Positions 29,042-44,224 are shown, counted from the stretch's first letter. The stretch: 64,000 bases of DNA from the human T2T-CHM13v2.0 reference genome, Homo sapiens (GCF_009914755.1 NC_060938.1), one strand, 5' to 3'. Program-made: numbers and translations. The notes: generated by a model from the sequence alone, not told the origin.

Positions 29042-29519
29042 CCAGTCAATCACTTGAGCTCCTGTTCATGTCTACAATTTCGTTCTTGAAAAGTTCTGTC
29101 AGCTTCTGACACCAGCCCATAAGATAGGGGCAAACCAGAAGCAAAGGGACAATCAGAGAACAGATATACACCTTTCCCTTACATCATCTTTGCTCTTCTG
29201 CTGGGCCTTCTCTTCTCCCATGAGGAACTGCTATTTTTCACCTCCCATTATTAAATAAAATATCTTTATTTATGGGAATGGAGGTCCATGTATATTGGTA
29301 CATGTAGGGAGATGTTATATGAATTTGAATTGTATAAGTAAAATAATATGTGAAAAAATACCAACATACAAAATCTGAAATAGCATATATAACCAAACAA
29401 GGGAAAAATCTCACTTACAATATATTAGAAATTTAATTTATTTTTGTTCATCTCTGTAATATCAGATACTGAAGGACTTTTCTCTTCCCGTCATATACTG
29501 TGGTATGGATAGCTTCCAA

Positions 29520-31419
29520 ATATCACATCAACAGGATAAAGGACAAAAACCATATGATCATCTCAATAGACACAGAAGAAGCATTTGATAAAATTGAACA
29601 TTCCTTCATAAAAAAAAAACCAAAAGCTCTCAATAAATTAGGTATAGAAGGCCCATAACACAAGGAACTTCAACACAATAATGTCTATATAGGACAAACC
29701 CACAGCTAACATCATACTGAATGAAGAAAAGCTAAACATGTTTTTTTCAAAGAACTGGAACAAGACAAGGATGCCCACTCTTACCACTCTTATTCAACGC
29801 AGTACTAGATGTCCTAGCCAGAGCAATTAGGCAAGAGAAAAAAGTAAAAGGCATCCAAATTGGAAAAGAGGTCAAATTGTCCCTGTTTGCTGATGGCATA
29901 CTTTTATACGCAGAAAAACCTAAAGACTCTACCAAAAAAACTCTTAGAACTGAAAAATAAATTTAATAAAGTTGCAGGACACAATATCAGCTTACACAAA
30001 TCAGTAGCATTTACATATGCCTGGAGTGAACAGTCTGAAAAAGAAATAAAGCAAACAATGCCATTTACAACAGGCACACCGCTCCCCCGACACCCCCCCC
30101 AACACAAATACCTGAAACAAATTTAACAAAGGAAGTAAAAGATCTTTATAAGGAAAACTATAAAATACTGGTTAAAAAAAAAATTGAGGAAGACACCAAG
30201 AAGTGGAAAGACATCCCATGTTAATGGTCTGGAAGAATACTGTTACAATGACCACACACAAAAGCAATATATAGATTCAATGCAATTGCTGTCAATTACT
30301 AATCAAAGTACCAATGACATTCTTCACAGAAATAGAAAAAAAATCCTAAAATTTGCATGGAACCACAAAAGATTCTAAATAGCCAAAACAATCTTGAGCA
30401 AAAGAAACAAAGCTGAAGGCATTATACTACCAATTTCAAAATATACTACAAAGCTATAATAACCAAAACAGTATGGTGCTGGCACATAGACGAATGGACT
30501 AGAATACAGAACCCTGAAATTAATTGACATTTCCACAGCCAACTGATTTTTGACAAAGGTGCCAAGAACATTCCTTTGGGAAAGGACAGTCTGTTCAATA
30601 ATGATGCTAGGAAAACTAGATATCCATATGCAGAACAATGAAACTAGACATCTATCTCTTACTCTATATAAAAATTAATTCCAAACAGATTAAAGGCTTA
30701 AATGTAAGATCTGGAATTATAAAACTATTAGAAGAAAACATAGGGGAAATGCTTCAGAACACTGGGCTGAGAAAAGATTTTATGAATAAGACTTCAAAAA
30801 CACAGGCAACAAAAGCAATAATAAACAAATGGGATTACATTAAACCAAAAAGCTTGTGAACATCAAAAGAAGCAATCAAGAGACTGAAAAGACAATGCAG
30901 AATGGCAGAAAATATTTGCAAACTATTCATATTACAGGGAATTACTATCCAGAAAATACAATGATCTCAAACATCTCTAGCACAAAAATATACAATCTAA
31001 TTTTTTAAATGGGCTAATGATCTGAATAGACATTTATCAAAGAAGACATATAAATGGCCAAAAAATATTTGAAAAAATGCTCAACATCACTAATCATCAG
31101 GGAAATGCAAATCAGAACCACAGTAAGATATCATCCGGCTGGGCATGGTGGCTCATGCCTGTAATCCCAGCACTTTGGGAGGCCTAGGTGGGTGGATCAC
31201 CTGAGGTCAGGAGTTCAAGACCAGCCTGACCAACATGGTAAAACCCCTTCTCTACTAAAAATAAAAAAATTAGCTGGGTGTAGTGGCGGGAGCCTATAAT
31301 CCCAGCTACTCGGGAGGGCTGAGGCAGAAGAATCGCCTAAACCCTGGAGGTGGAGGTTGCAGTGAGCCAAGATCATGCCATTGTACTCCAGCTTGGGCAA
31401 CAAGAACGAAAATCCATCT

Positions 31420-31460
<41 letters not shown>

Positions 31461-32305
31461 ACATCATCTGACCCCAATTAGAACAGCTATTATGAAAAAG
31501 CCAAAATATGACAAATGCTGGTGAAGATTGCAAGAAAGGGGAACTCAAACATTGTTGGTGGGAATGTAAATTAATATAGCCACTACAGAGAAAAGTATGG
31601 AGGTTCCTCAAAAAACTACAAATGAAAGTACCATAGGATTCAACAATCCCTCTACTGATATTTATCCAAAGGGAAGGAAATCAGTACAGTACAGAGATAC
31701 TTACACTCGCATATTTATTGTAGTACTATTCACAATAGTCAGAATATGAAATCAACCTTAGTATCCATTAAGGGATGACTTGAAAGATAAAATGTAGTAT
31801 ATATACACAATGAAATACTATTTGGCCATAAAAAAGTATGAAATTCTGTCATTTGCAACAACATGGATAAGCCTGGAGGGCATTATGTTAAGCGAAATAA
31901 GCAAGGAGCAGGAAGTTGAACATTTCATGATCTCATGCATTTATGGAAGCTAAAAAGGTTGATCTCATAAATGTAAAGGGTAGAACAGAGGTTACCAGAG
32001 CCTGGTGGGGGGGTAGTTGAGAAGGAGAGAATAGGGCGAGATTTTTGAGAGAATACAAAATTACAGATAGGAGGGATAAATTGTAGTGTTCTATAGCACT
32101 GTAGGATGACTATAGTTTACAATATATTATATATTTTCTAGTAGCTAGTAGACGGGATATTGAATGTTTCCAACACAATGAAATAATAAATGTTTGAGAT
32201 AGTAGATATGCTAATTACTATGATTTGATCACTACATATTGTATGTATCAAAACATTGCTTTGGACCCCATAAATAAGTAAAATTATTATAAGTCACTTA
32301 AAAAG
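29520..32305 (+). mobile_element. L1MA-family 5'-truncated element (ORF2 RT to 3' end), interrupted by an Alu
   Basis: Continuous decayed ORF2 (ggacaaaaaccatatgatcatctcaatagacacagaa...; ORF 30638-30859 MKLDIYLLLYIKINSKQIKGLNVR...WDYIK) followed by an L1MA-type 3'UTR (gatatgctaattactatgatttgatcactac...ccccataaata). Confidence 0.92.
31137..31457 (+). mobile_element. AluSx-like inserted into L1MA
   Basis: Full Alu with a ~37-nt A tail. Degenerate TSD agatatcatc/agacatcatc. The L1 sequence resumes after it. Confidence 0.93.
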
Positions 32306-32544
32306 TTTTTAACAAGATTCTCATGAAATGCTTTCCACTGAGATCTTTCTATTCATGACCTTGTAAACCTGCTTCCAGTGTTCTACCACAGAACACTGTT
32401 CATAGAAAATACTAAAAATAGCAGTTTCTAAAGCATTATTTGGAAGCTTAATCTTTGATAAAACAATTATTTCTAGGCCTAAGGAAGAATTGGTGTTTAA
32501 TCTCTCCCAGACAGAACAAAATGTTTTAAGGCACTTTTGTTGTT

Positions 32545-32745
32545 AGTTGCTGTATTTGTCAGGCACCATGCTAATCAACTTGCATACATATGTTTTTTAA
32601 TATTCACAGTCTCATGCAAGATGGCAATATCCTTATCATTTTGTCCTTTCACAGACTAAAGTGAAGATTAGAGATCTTAAGCCACTTTCCCTATAGTAAG
32701 CAACCATCAAGTCACGAAGCTACATTTTGAACTCAGGCTGTCCAA
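32545..32745 (-). mobile_element. MIR
   Basis: tgtcaggcaccatgcta...cctttcacagactaaagtgaagattagagatcttaagccactttccc...tttgaactcaggctgtc. Confidence 0.6.
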
Positions 32746-32769
32746 AGTCCATTTTACACTAATTTCCAA

Positions 32770-32957
32770 TACCTTTGGGTATGGTTGCTCACAACCAAGT
32801 GCATGCCTGGCTGAAAGCATGACTGAGGCTGAAATCCAGGCTGTATTACTCTTGCTACGACTCTTACCCTGGTATAGGAACTACATCTACTTCAAGAAAG
32901 GAGCTTTTCTCTCCTCCTAATTTACAGAGTTATTGTATAGGCTAGTAGACTTTCTGA
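32770..32957 (+). mobile_element. MER91A-like hAT relic (a second fragment lies near 10225-10330)
   Basis: gcctggctgaaagcatgactgaggctgaaatccaggctg...ctaatttacagagttattgtataggctagtagactttctg. Confidence 0.5.
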
Positions 32958-33205
32958 TAGGATGGAGGACTTATTGCAAAAGGGTCTCCACTTTGCCTCT
33001 GTGAGTATGGAAACTTAAACTACAAGTTTATCCCTAGGACTCAATCATATTTGCTATGTTATATCACTATTTGAAAGTATTGTCGACTCAGGAATTTACA
33101 AAGATAAGGATTGACTAAATCTCTAGAATAAGAACTACAAGTACTTTGTTAAATATTTAACTCAAGAATAATAAATATACTATAAGCTGCATATAAATGT
33201 ATTTA

Positions 33206-33589
<384 letters not shown>

Positions 33590-35310
33590 TTAAAGGACCA
33601 TTGGTTGAGTGTGTGCGTGGAGGGGAACAGATGGATGAACTGATCCAGCGACTCCCAGGCTGAAAGAACTGAATGTTCAATGGTGTACTTATAGACCACA
33701 TTAACTTCTTGGCAAGTGCTGCTGCTGCACATGTGGGTGGTCCATCGCTGAATATGAATGTGCTGAATATCATTTGGGCAAGGAGCAAGAGGTGTTCAAG
33801 TGAGTTGGAGAGAAGCCCAGAAGGTATGCTGTTTATCTTCTAGGAACATTTATTTTCTGCAAAACATATAACTTGAGTTAATAAAGTAGATTTAGATGTG
33901 AATAAAGGAAACCGGTTATTGAACCTGCATCACTGTGCCTCTCCAGGAATAACTAAAAGTTTTGAATTTGAATCCTAGAACAAGAAAAAGAATAGAGCAC
34001 AAATAACTGCTCTTATCACCTTGCAAGGAATCACTGGACTGGATCTGACTGCAAAGCAGGTATCTATCTGCCTGCAGTTGGATCCCGAGGCTCCTAGTAA
34101 CTGTCTTTGTCATACATTCTTTTAAAATAGACAAAGTCATTAGAATGATAAGAGAAGGAGATTTCTTAAGTAATGCTCACTTAAGTAATGTGAAATTATA
34201 AGACTGTGGTTATAACCTCTGGTCTGAATCCTTGACAGAATTTGTAACAAGAAAACGTCTATTGACTTTCTCAACTCAGAGCCCTGTCACAAAATCTCTC
34301 TTGATAAAAGATGCCAGATCAGGCTGTGGGCTATCATCTGTGGATTCTCTCTCCTGACCACTCTTAGTTTCAGGCATGCCCTTGGAACACACTCTGCACT
34401 GTTCTCATCCATTAATCATTCCTTCAGGGTGAAGGACAGAGGCCAGGTGCTTAAACAGACACCGGGAGGTTTGAGAGATGGCTTTGATTCCACTGAACTA
34501 AAAAGTTCTGTGATTCCTTCACAGATTGGTTTTATTACCATTCAATTTCTACCGGAAAATCTAAATGTGCTAAGAGGTAAATAGGCCCTTAAGAATAGCA
34601 GTACTAAACATAGGATATTAATATACATAGATGTGCTTTTCTGTATTCAGTTTTCTTTGTTCTATTCTTCTCTGGTGTCAGTACATATTAGAAAGTTTCT
34701 TTTCTCTCAGAGGAAACTGTTTGAATTTTTAGACTGTTTCTTATTATTTACAAATTAGATCTAATGCAGACTCAAAAGTAATGTGAGCAAGCTGTAAGAC
34801 ACAGTTTTGCAACCCTACACCCTAGCTTGTTCGAGACTGATATCTCTGTCTTTCCATTATTTTACACAGCAGTGACTGTCTCTGCTTACAAAATGGTAAT
34901 ACTCCAAACCTGACTGATATCTTTCTGATTTAACTTTTATATATGACTTTTGCTACCAACAAATTGGGTCTTTCTATATTTTTGATGTAACATTCGCTGT
35001 CTCTTAATGCAAGAAATATAAGAGAGAAACATTGATATGGAGAGGGGAAATACTGTGCAGAATAACCATTTTAGCTTCCCCAACTAAAATAATTTTGAAG
35101 GCTAGTGGAGGAGAAAAAGGAACAAATCATTCTTGAGGAAAAATTAATTTTGCTAAATTACTTTGCATATGTTACTACAATATGCATTAGAAAAATTACA
35201 TACATTATAACATTACATGGAACAAATGTCATTCACATTATGAAACACTTCCTATTCTGAAGCCTACCTTAGCTAGCAGATGTTTTATTCATTTACAACA
35301 CAATAGTACC

Positions 35311-35812
35311 TTATTCAGATATAATTTACATATAATAAACTTCATAAATTTTAAATGTGATTATTGATGGGTTTGGAAAAATATATATTGCTATGTAATC
35401 ACCACCATAATCAAGATATAGATTCCCATCTCTGCAGAAAGTTACCTCCTGCCCCTTCGTAATTAGTCACCTCCACCCTTGACCCAGGCAAACAAAAATC
35501 CACTTTTCATTACTAAAGATTAGTTTTTCCTATTCAGGAAATTCATATAAATGAAATCATAAAATATGCACTTTCTGTATTTGGTTCTTTTCACTCGACA
35601 TTGTTTTTGAAATCCATCCACTTGCATGTATCAGTAGTTCTTTCCATTTTTAACACTGAGTAAAATTCCATTTCGTGAATAGATCACAAGTTGTTCATCT
35701 GTTGATGGATATTTGGATTGTTTCTAGTTTGAGGCTATTACAAATGAAGCTGATATTAAAGTTTGTGCATAAGTCTTTGTGTATACATGTGCTTTCATTT
35801 CTGTTGGGTAAA
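35311..35812 (-). mobile_element. Old L1M (L1MB8/L1ME-like) 3' end
   Basis: gatataatttacatataataaa...accaccataatcaagatatag...ttgatggatatttggattgtttctagtttgaggctatt...ttgggtaaa. Confidence 0.8.
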
Positions 35813-35869
35813 TTAATTTACTTAATAGTATGCTTAAAATCTTCTAAAATATTAGTGTTTTTTATCTCC

Positions 35870-38770
35870 ATATTCTATCAATCACGAATAAATGGGTATT
35901 AAAATCTTGAACTATAATTATGGAATAGTGTGTTACTCCTTGTAGTATTTTTTATTTAGGAATTTTAAGGCTCTATTAATAGATGTTCACATAATTTGAA
36001 CCGTTATGTCTTCCCTATAAATTCCTGTTGTAGTATTATTGTGTTCCTCTTTAACTCTCGTAATTACTCTATCTTGAAGTCTACTTTTTCTGGTAATAGT
36101 ACAGCCATGCCAGCATTTTTATGTCTGCTGTTTGAATGCTATGTATTCCCCCATTTCCTTTCAGTCTTTTTGTGTCTTTGTATTTGAAGTGCGTTTTTGG
36201 TAGAAAACAGTGTGTATCTTGTAGATAGTGCATTTTTTTTTCTCAGTCCAGTTCTACCATTTCTGACAGCTAATTGGAATCTTAAACTCATTTACATTTA
36301 CTGTAATTATTAACATGACTGAGTTAAAGTCTACCATCTTGCTCTTTGTTTTGTCTCTTCAATATTTCCTTCATCTGTTACTTGGTGTATTTTGACTAAA
36401 TTCAAAAAACTTTTGAAGGATTTTTATATGGCTTAAAGTATGCAACATTCACTTACTGATTCTACTTAGAGTCAATATTGTACCAGTTAACATATCACAT
36501 TCCATACTTCATGATTCTCTGAGGTCCCTATTTACTTCTCACTTCCCACATCACAAATGTAATAAATTTACAACAGTATAATTCAAATTAATTCCATCGC
36601 TTGTGCTATTGGCATGTTTTAGCTCTAAATATGCTGTGAACCCTAAATTACAATGTTGTTATTTTTTCTTCAAACTGGAGATTGATTGGCAGACTTATTT
36701 GTAAAGGGTGAGACAGTAAATATTCTTGGCTTGAGCCATATGGTCATTGTTGCAACTACTCACCTCTGTGGCTGTAGCATGAAAGCAGCTTTAGACAATA
36801 CATAAACAAATCAGGAAAGGTGTGTTCCAATTAAACTTCATTTACAAAAAACAGTTTGCTGACCTCAGGCTGCTATTTGTTGACCCCATTTATATAGATG
36901 TTTATTAGGGAAATTGAAAGATAAAAGAAACTTAGTCTTTTATCTTTACCCACTTATTTACTATACCTAATCCTCTTCATTTATTTTTATAGATCCTGGT
37001 CTTCACTGATAGCCTTTCCCTTAAGTATAAAGATCACCGTTTAGCATATTTTTGTACTGCAGTTTCACAGACTACCAATTCTCTGGCTTTTTTCAGAATA
37101 TATATATTTATTTGACTCTAATTTTTAAAGTATATTTTCACTAGACATAAAATATAAATTGACAGTATTTTCAAAAGATATTTAAAGATTTAAAGATGTC
37201 CCACTTTCTTCTAAGCTGTATTGTTTCTAATGAGAAAGTAATTGTCATACATATCATCAGAATATCATTTTTTTTTCTGGCTGCTTTGAAAATTTTCTCT
37301 TTATCATTAGTTTTCCACAATTGGACTATGGTATTCTTACGTGTGGTTTTCTTGTATTTTTCTTGCCTTGTGCACCATGATATGCTTGGATCTGTGGGTT
37401 TGCTTCGTAAATTTGTGGAAAATTTCAGCCATTTTTTCTGCCCCATTCTCACTCTATTTCAGAACTTCAAGTGCACCTGTTTTCAACTATTTTATATTGT
37501 GCCCCATGTTCTTAGGTCCCTTCTCTTTATTCTTCAATCCCTCTATTTTTTGATCTATCAGGTTGTATCAGCTCTTTCAATTTGTTTTCAATTTTACCAG
37601 TCCTCTTGCCTTTTCCAATATACTATTAAGCCCACCCATAGAATTTTTCTTTCAATTATTGTGCAGTTTTAGTTGTTCAATTTGCATCTAGTTGTTTTTT
37701 AGGGTTTTTTGTATGCTAAAATTTCTTACTCATTTGCTCACAAAATCTGCATTTTTCTTTAATTATTTGAACATATTTTCCCATAATACTTTGAAAATAT
37801 TCATAATAGCTACCTGAAGCTTTTTGCTAAATCCAACATCTGGCCTACCTTAAGGTTAGTTTTTAATAAACTACTATTATTCTGGACCAAAAGTAACATT
37901 TTCCTATTTTCTTTTCATGTCAGGTAATTTTTTATTGTTTAATGAACATTATGAAGAATATATGATAAATAACTGGACTGTGCTCTCTTTCACCCTGTAA
38001 AGAGTGCCAAGTTTTAGTTTAGTAGACAGTTCAATTACCTGCTGTCCCTTTTGAACCTTTGTTTGCCATTTACGTTTAATGTAAAAAGTGATGAAATCTG
38101 TGGAAATCCAAGGATGTTCCTAAACTCTTCTAACTTGGTGGGACTCACCGTTAAAATTCCGCCTCCCTCTAAATTTTAGCAGAGCTTGGTGTTAGTCTTT
38201 GTTAAGGAGTACCTAGAATAAGTCTTTACTCTGACATGGTTTTTGTTCCTCTGATTTAATCCTTTTGGAGTCTCATCAGGATGTTTAGAATTTAAGGAGG
38301 TATAATCTACCTGATGAGCTGAAATTCTGGCTTCCTTTAAGCATTGCTAGAACTCTATTATCAATTTTCTACTCACAAAAATCCCATAGAGAAGAAAATG
38401 GTAAATCACCTCATCCTTGTAGAGTCTGATCCTTAGGTAAGGATCCACACTAACTCCTATGACCCTTCTTCTACAGAGTTTTTTACTATACAGTATTTTG
38501 TCCTGCAGATAGATGCTTTTGCTGCTTTGAGTTTTAATATATGTTTCTTAAACTTAGCCAGAAATCCATGCTCGGCTTGGAATCTACCTTGCTATGCTCA
38601 TATACAGCAAATTCCCCCAAATGGAGAGCTAGAATAATCATGGGGCTCACTTCATGGGTTTCCCTCTCACAGGAAATGCAGCCTTGCACTGTCTGTTTTT
38701 ATTCCTTAAAATTGTAACCTCATGTAGTTTGTCCAATTTTATGGTCGTTTGTAGTAGAAAGGCTGGCTCC
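35870..38770 (-). mobile_element. Old L1M 5' part (5' region, ORF1, start of ORF2), highly decayed
   Basis: The minus ORF 37171-37452 contains L1 ORF1p-like KTTRKNTIVQLWKTNDKEKIFKAARKK...FSLETIQLRRKWDIFKSL. Boundaries are approximate. Confidence 0.7.
36680..36887 (+). mobile_element. MER58A inserted in L1M
   Basis: tgtaaagggtgagacagtaaatatt...tgcaactactcacctctg...aaagcagctttagacaatacataaacaaat...tgtgttccaattaaacttcatttacaaaaaacag. Confidence 0.8.
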
Positions 38771-40369
38771 ATTAGTATTTTCCAGATAACTTCCAAGATT
38801 TTAGCAAAGCTACAACACAATATTCAAAAGATTTTAAGGAAGACATGAGTTGTATAATGCATGTATTTTAAATACATGGTTAACAAATATGGTTAAGTAG
38901 ATAGTGTTGCTTAAATTAAAAATCAAAGAAAATTAGCACAAAGAAAAAAACAAATAATATGCTATAACACAGATAAACTGAGTCAAAAAGTGGACAAAAA
39001 TCTTTAAAACTCTAAATGATGTTTTAATTTAATCTGAATAAAAATTAAGGTATGAGATCTAAACTTCTAAATTTCCTTTCTCTTCCTATAGCTTCACTCA
39101 TTGAATAAGTATTCATTAGTAGTGCTCTATATATGAGGAATTCCTACAGATATTGGAGGGGAGATTGTAGGCAGTGAGCTCAATATGATATAACTTTATT
39201 GCTTGATTTTACAGCTGTAATGCCAATTTATATGATAATTATTGAAACTTGGTGTATTCTCCCTTGTTTACTCACAAAACAATCTATTAATGTGCCTGCA
39301 AAAAAAAAATGACCTTTTCAAAGGTTTCTGTACTTTGAAATGAATGAATGCATTTGCTTGTGAACTGATATTGCACTTGAGTTGTGTTGCCAATACAGCA
39401 GTAAATGAAAGGCTAACAAGCAGGAATAAGTGCTTGTTAAGAGAAATATTAATGGCCTGAAATATTCATTCAATAAATGGACTGATGTTTGCTCCTATGG
39501 AACATACATTATGATGTGGATGTAGTCAACAAACAGTTACATAATTTCTGGGTTTGACAATATTCTGAAGACAGTCTCTGAGAGATGACATATATTAAGA
39601 CTTGTAGAAAAAGAAAGAGCTAGTCATACCAAGACCAGAGAAGAGGATTCCAAAACTAGAATTTTCTCTTTTACCCCTAAGTTCCTCCAGCCACCTTACT
39701 TACACCACAGGCCCAGGGAAAACTGACAGTACAGTGAAACACTGATTTTTCAGTGTCAACAACTCCCTACCATGACTGACAGGTCGTAGGAAGGATGCCA
39801 GGTCCTTCCCCTTATATCCTCATAAGACCTGCCCCTTATGTCATATTGGCATTGACTCAAGTCTTAATACTGAATGATTATGAATAAAATATTTTAAACA
39901 TTACTTGTTTACAAAAAACAGACTTGATTAGGTTTTTACTCATTCTTTCTTCTTTCTCATATTCCATTCTTTTCCCTCAGATCCATCTCTTTCTTGCTTA
40001 ATTCCAACAAACAAGAATTCTTTTTAAAATTATCTTTGTAAGATAAACTTTTAGAATAGGAATATTTTCATTGTGTCCTCGCAATTAATTGTACATTTAT
40101 TTGCATGCAAAATTCTTTTTCAATTACTTTTTCTTTAATATTTTGAAGACATAACTCCATTATCTCTCTGCATGTCAAGTTGCACAAAGTTTAATGTCTA
40201 TATAATTCTAAATTCTGTATGAATTATCTGCTTTATCTCTATAAATAACTTTTCAAACATTTTTGTACTTGATATTTTAAAATTCATTTAAATTTATCAG
40301 AGCATGTAAATTTTCCCCCCAACATATTGTTGCTGTCACTCCATGAGCCACATCACTCAGAAGTCTAGC

Positions 40370-40719
40370 CAATATGGTTTGGCTGTGTCCCCACCCAAAT
40401 CTCATCTTGAATTCCCATGTGTTGTGGGAGGGATCTGGTGGGAGGTAACTGAATCATGGGGGCAAGTCTTTCCCATGCTCTTTCCGTGAGTCTCATGAGA
40501 TCGGATGGTTTTAAAAAAGAGGAGTTCCCCTGCACAAGCTCCCTCTCTCTCTTTGCCTGCTGCCATCCATGTAAGACATGACTTGCTCCTCCTTGCCTTC
40601 CACCATGACTGTGAGGCTTCCCCAGCTACGGAACTGTAAGTCCAATGAAACCCTTTTCTTTTGTAAATTTCTTAGTCTCGAGTGTGTCTTTATTAGGAGT
40701 GTGAAAACAGACTAATACA
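40370..40719 (+). mobile_element. THE1 (THE1B-like) MaLR solo LTR
   Basis: atatggtttggctgtgtccccacccaaatctcatcttgaattccca...gtgtgaaaacagactaataca. Confidence 0.92.
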
Positions 40720-42254
40720 GTCATCCTTTTTACTTTCTAATTTAAAAAAAAAATCTCAGTTATTATTTTTTTCATTTAATTTTATTTCTGCATTTGGTCT
40801 TTTACTTCTTTATGGGTTTCCTGCTAAGCAGATACTTATTATTTTGTCCTTCACACCTCTTAAGACTTTACTTACCTTTGTGTCCTCTACTGGGAGAGTT
40901 CCTCTATGACATCTTTCAAACTACTTATGCCTGCCTTGTGCCTATTCCGCAATTTAGTCTAGTAATATAGTTATTTATATCAACTGTTACATTTTTATAC
41001 CCATTGTCATAAATTTCTTTTCTGCAATGCTCTTTTTTCTTCATCATGTTTCTTATATCCTCCCTGCTTTCTTTGAGGATGAAATTTTATGTATTTAAAA
41101 ATCTTATTTTCTGATTATTAATACTCCTACCTAATGTGGAATAGATTATTCCATTTGTCTTCTTGCTTTCATAATTGTTTTGCTCATGATTTTGCATATT
41201 TTATTCCTGTGAGATCCCTAAATATCTTGACCAGTACTGTCTATGAGAGTAAGGATGACCTAGGCTCTTGCTTGTGTTCCTTAGGTAAAGAGAAGGAGTG
41301 CTTCAGGACGGAGAGATCTGGTTGCAGTATCATTTTTACCATTCTCTATCTTCTCTTCCCTCTACTCTTCAGTTTTCTCCCTCCAGTTCTCTCAGTTTGA
41401 AATACTCTAGGTCCAGGCACTGCTCTTACCCTAAGTTGGCCTGCCTCTTGGGTGTGGTCTAGCTTGAGGGAGTGTGGATGGAGATGTGAGGAGAGGAAGA
41501 ACAGTAGAAACTCTGAGAGCCAACCACCCTGTTGCCCTCATTTCTATACACTGTCCCTTCCAGCTCTGATTCTCTCTCAACGTTTCTCCTAATATTTCAA
41601 GTTAGAATTGCTGCTTTTCTGCTCCTTGGTAATGTCAGGCAATAAGCCACCCAGAATAATATACAGAGGGGAAAAAGCTCACCTAAAATGCAAAGCTATC
41701 TCTCAGACAAGCCACAAAATATTGTCACTGGCCTCATTGGTTCCAGCCTAATATTCTTACCACACTTCTTTTCCAACCAAAGCTCAATTGTGCATTGATT
41801 ACTTACTTTATCTCTGACATCAGTCATCCTCTCCATCTCTGCCTTTTTGAAGGGGCATTTTCAATGTTGTGTTACTCAGGCAGAAAGTAGCTTACCTATG
41901 GGTATATCTGGAAATCTTCTCATCTTATTTTTCTATGATCATACTGCTTTGTTTTTAAAACACTTTCAAACTGATTAGCTTATTTGATAATCCTAAAATT
42001 ATGTGAGCCATGGGAAGCAGATTTATCATCTCCCATTTTACAGATAGAGGAAGCAAGGCCACAAAGAATTAAATGGCTTGCACAGAGCTAATCTGTTAGA
42101 AGATGTTAAAATCTTCCATTCATGGGAGAACTTTCTTTACATACTGACCAAGAATAAAACACAGTCATACCCACAGTACATCATCCAGAAGAGTTCCATG
42201 TGGACTAGAGGAGTTCACGTAATTTGCTCCATGCTGTAATTTGATACTGTGATT

Positions 42255-42804
42255 TCTTTTTTATTATTTTTTAAGATTTTTGGGGCATATGTGTAGTTTT
42301 TTACATGGCTATATTGCATAATGCTGAGGTTTGGGCTTCTAGTGTACCCATCATCCAAATAGCGAGCATTGAAATGCTTACCAATGTGTAATTGTTTAAC
42401 CCTCACCTCCCTTTCTCTTCTCCAATTTTGGAATCCCCAGAGTCTATTATTTCCATCTTTATGTCCATGTGTATCCATTGTTTAGGTCCCATTTATAGAT
42501 GAGAACACTGAGTTTTGATTTTCTGTTTCTGAGTGATTTCACTTAGAATAATGGCTTCCAGCTCCATCCATGTTGCTACAAAGGACATGATTTCATTAAT
42601 TTTTATGGCTATATAGTATTCCTCATATATATACCACATTTTTTAATTAAGTCACCTATTAATTGATACTTAGTTGGATTCCATGACTTTGCTATTGTAA
42701 ATAGTGCTGCAATAAACATAGGAGTTGAGGTGTCTTTTTTATATAATTATTTCTTTTCCTTTGGGTAGATACTCAGTAGTGGGATGGCAGGGTTGAATGC
42801 TAGT
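42255..42804 (-). mobile_element. L1PB (PB4-like) 3' end, sense to MDGA2
   Basis: gaggtttgggcttctagtgtacccatc...cagctccatccatgttgctacaaaggacatgatttca...tttgggtagatactcagtagtggga. Confidence 0.85.
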
Positions 42805-44224
42805 GGCACTTTAAATAGTAGATTTTTGATAGCAACATTGCTCTGAATCTTTTATTGGAGAAATTAAATGATTTTATAATGAAGAAAATGAGTAATGCAA
42901 ATAATTTAAGGAGCCATCAAACTGCTGTAAAAATAATGAAAATTTTAATTGAAGTTTTTATTTAAGTATGATATGAAATATAAATTCCTCATTATATGTT
43001 TACTGGAGAAAAATAACTGTTTAAAAAATTATATGAATTTAAATTGAATATTAAGGTATATATTTTAGTAATAAGTGATAGCATTAACTTCATTAAGTGA
43101 TACTTACATTTTTATTCCTAATTTTTCAGATTTCGCATGGATTCCCCTATATTTTATCTAGATTGATTATTCAAATATTCCTTTATCATCACTACTAAAA
43201 GAGTCACTGATATGTGTCAAAAAGAGTTTGAACTATGTTATTATTGGCTTACTGGACCTCTGTTAGTTTATCTGTCAAAGGAGGGTGATACCATCTCTTC
43301 TGCACATGTAGTAGGGTTGTTGGAGATGATAAGGATATGTATGGAATCACTTCGTATATTACAGAAGGCTGTACATAGAAGTGATATCATTTTCTGCTTA
43401 AAGTTATTTTTCAGTACAGCTGCAACTCATAAGCTGGCTAAAATACTGGGATCCACTAGTCCATCTGTTATCATCATAAATAAAAGTCTAATAAATTTAG
43501 CAAAATTCTGGCCTTGAGAAACTTTGATTTGACATTGAAATTTCTTGCCTTTTAGAGTTATCACAATTTCACTGGCAATTATTTTTCATTTTCAAAGTAT
43601 GTTTAGACTGCTCTTACTTCTGATAGTTATTAATGATTTTTAACAATATTATGTTGCTTGTTTTTAGACATTATTAAGAAAGAAGTATCTAGCTGAATAG
43701 CAATAAATAAATAAATAAGTAAATAAAAACATTGCCAGAGACTAAAATATATTTTCTATCTGGTCACTGTTAATTCAGTCCAAATTTAAAAAAAAAAGAT
43801 AAAATACTTTATTTTGATGTGGAGTCAAATCTGCTTTAGTAGTTGTTTCTTCCCATTTATTCTTCAGGAATAAGAAATGCTATATTCCTTTAACATCTTG
43901 TTTTAGGTGATATTAAAGTCCTCAGTCATTTTTAATTTCTTTATATACTGAACATGGAGAAACTGGTAGTTCCAATATGTCAATATGAATATTGTAATAT
44001 GCCAAAAGGAAAATACAGGATGTGAAATCCTAGCTCAAATATTTCCAAACTAGAGGTGAGAGTAGCAGTTACAGGCAAAATTTTGCTTTGTAAAACCCTA
44101 TTTGGCAGGATTAAGGAAAGGGATTAAACTATGAAGGATTTATTTAGTTAATATTTCAATAGATACAGCAGTTTCATTCTTATGTAGGCTATGTTCAAAA
44201 AGGACTCCTAGTGGCAGGAAATGC

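Noticed and set aside
33590-33830. Possible extra exon or pseudogene fragment (GC-balanced unique sequence)
   Set aside because: No recognisable protein similarity in the frames I read, and the MDGA2 protein is already continuous across this intron.
37171-37672. Overlapping 93-aa and 158-aa ORFs
   Set aside because: Decayed L1 ORF1 and its T-rich antisense frame.
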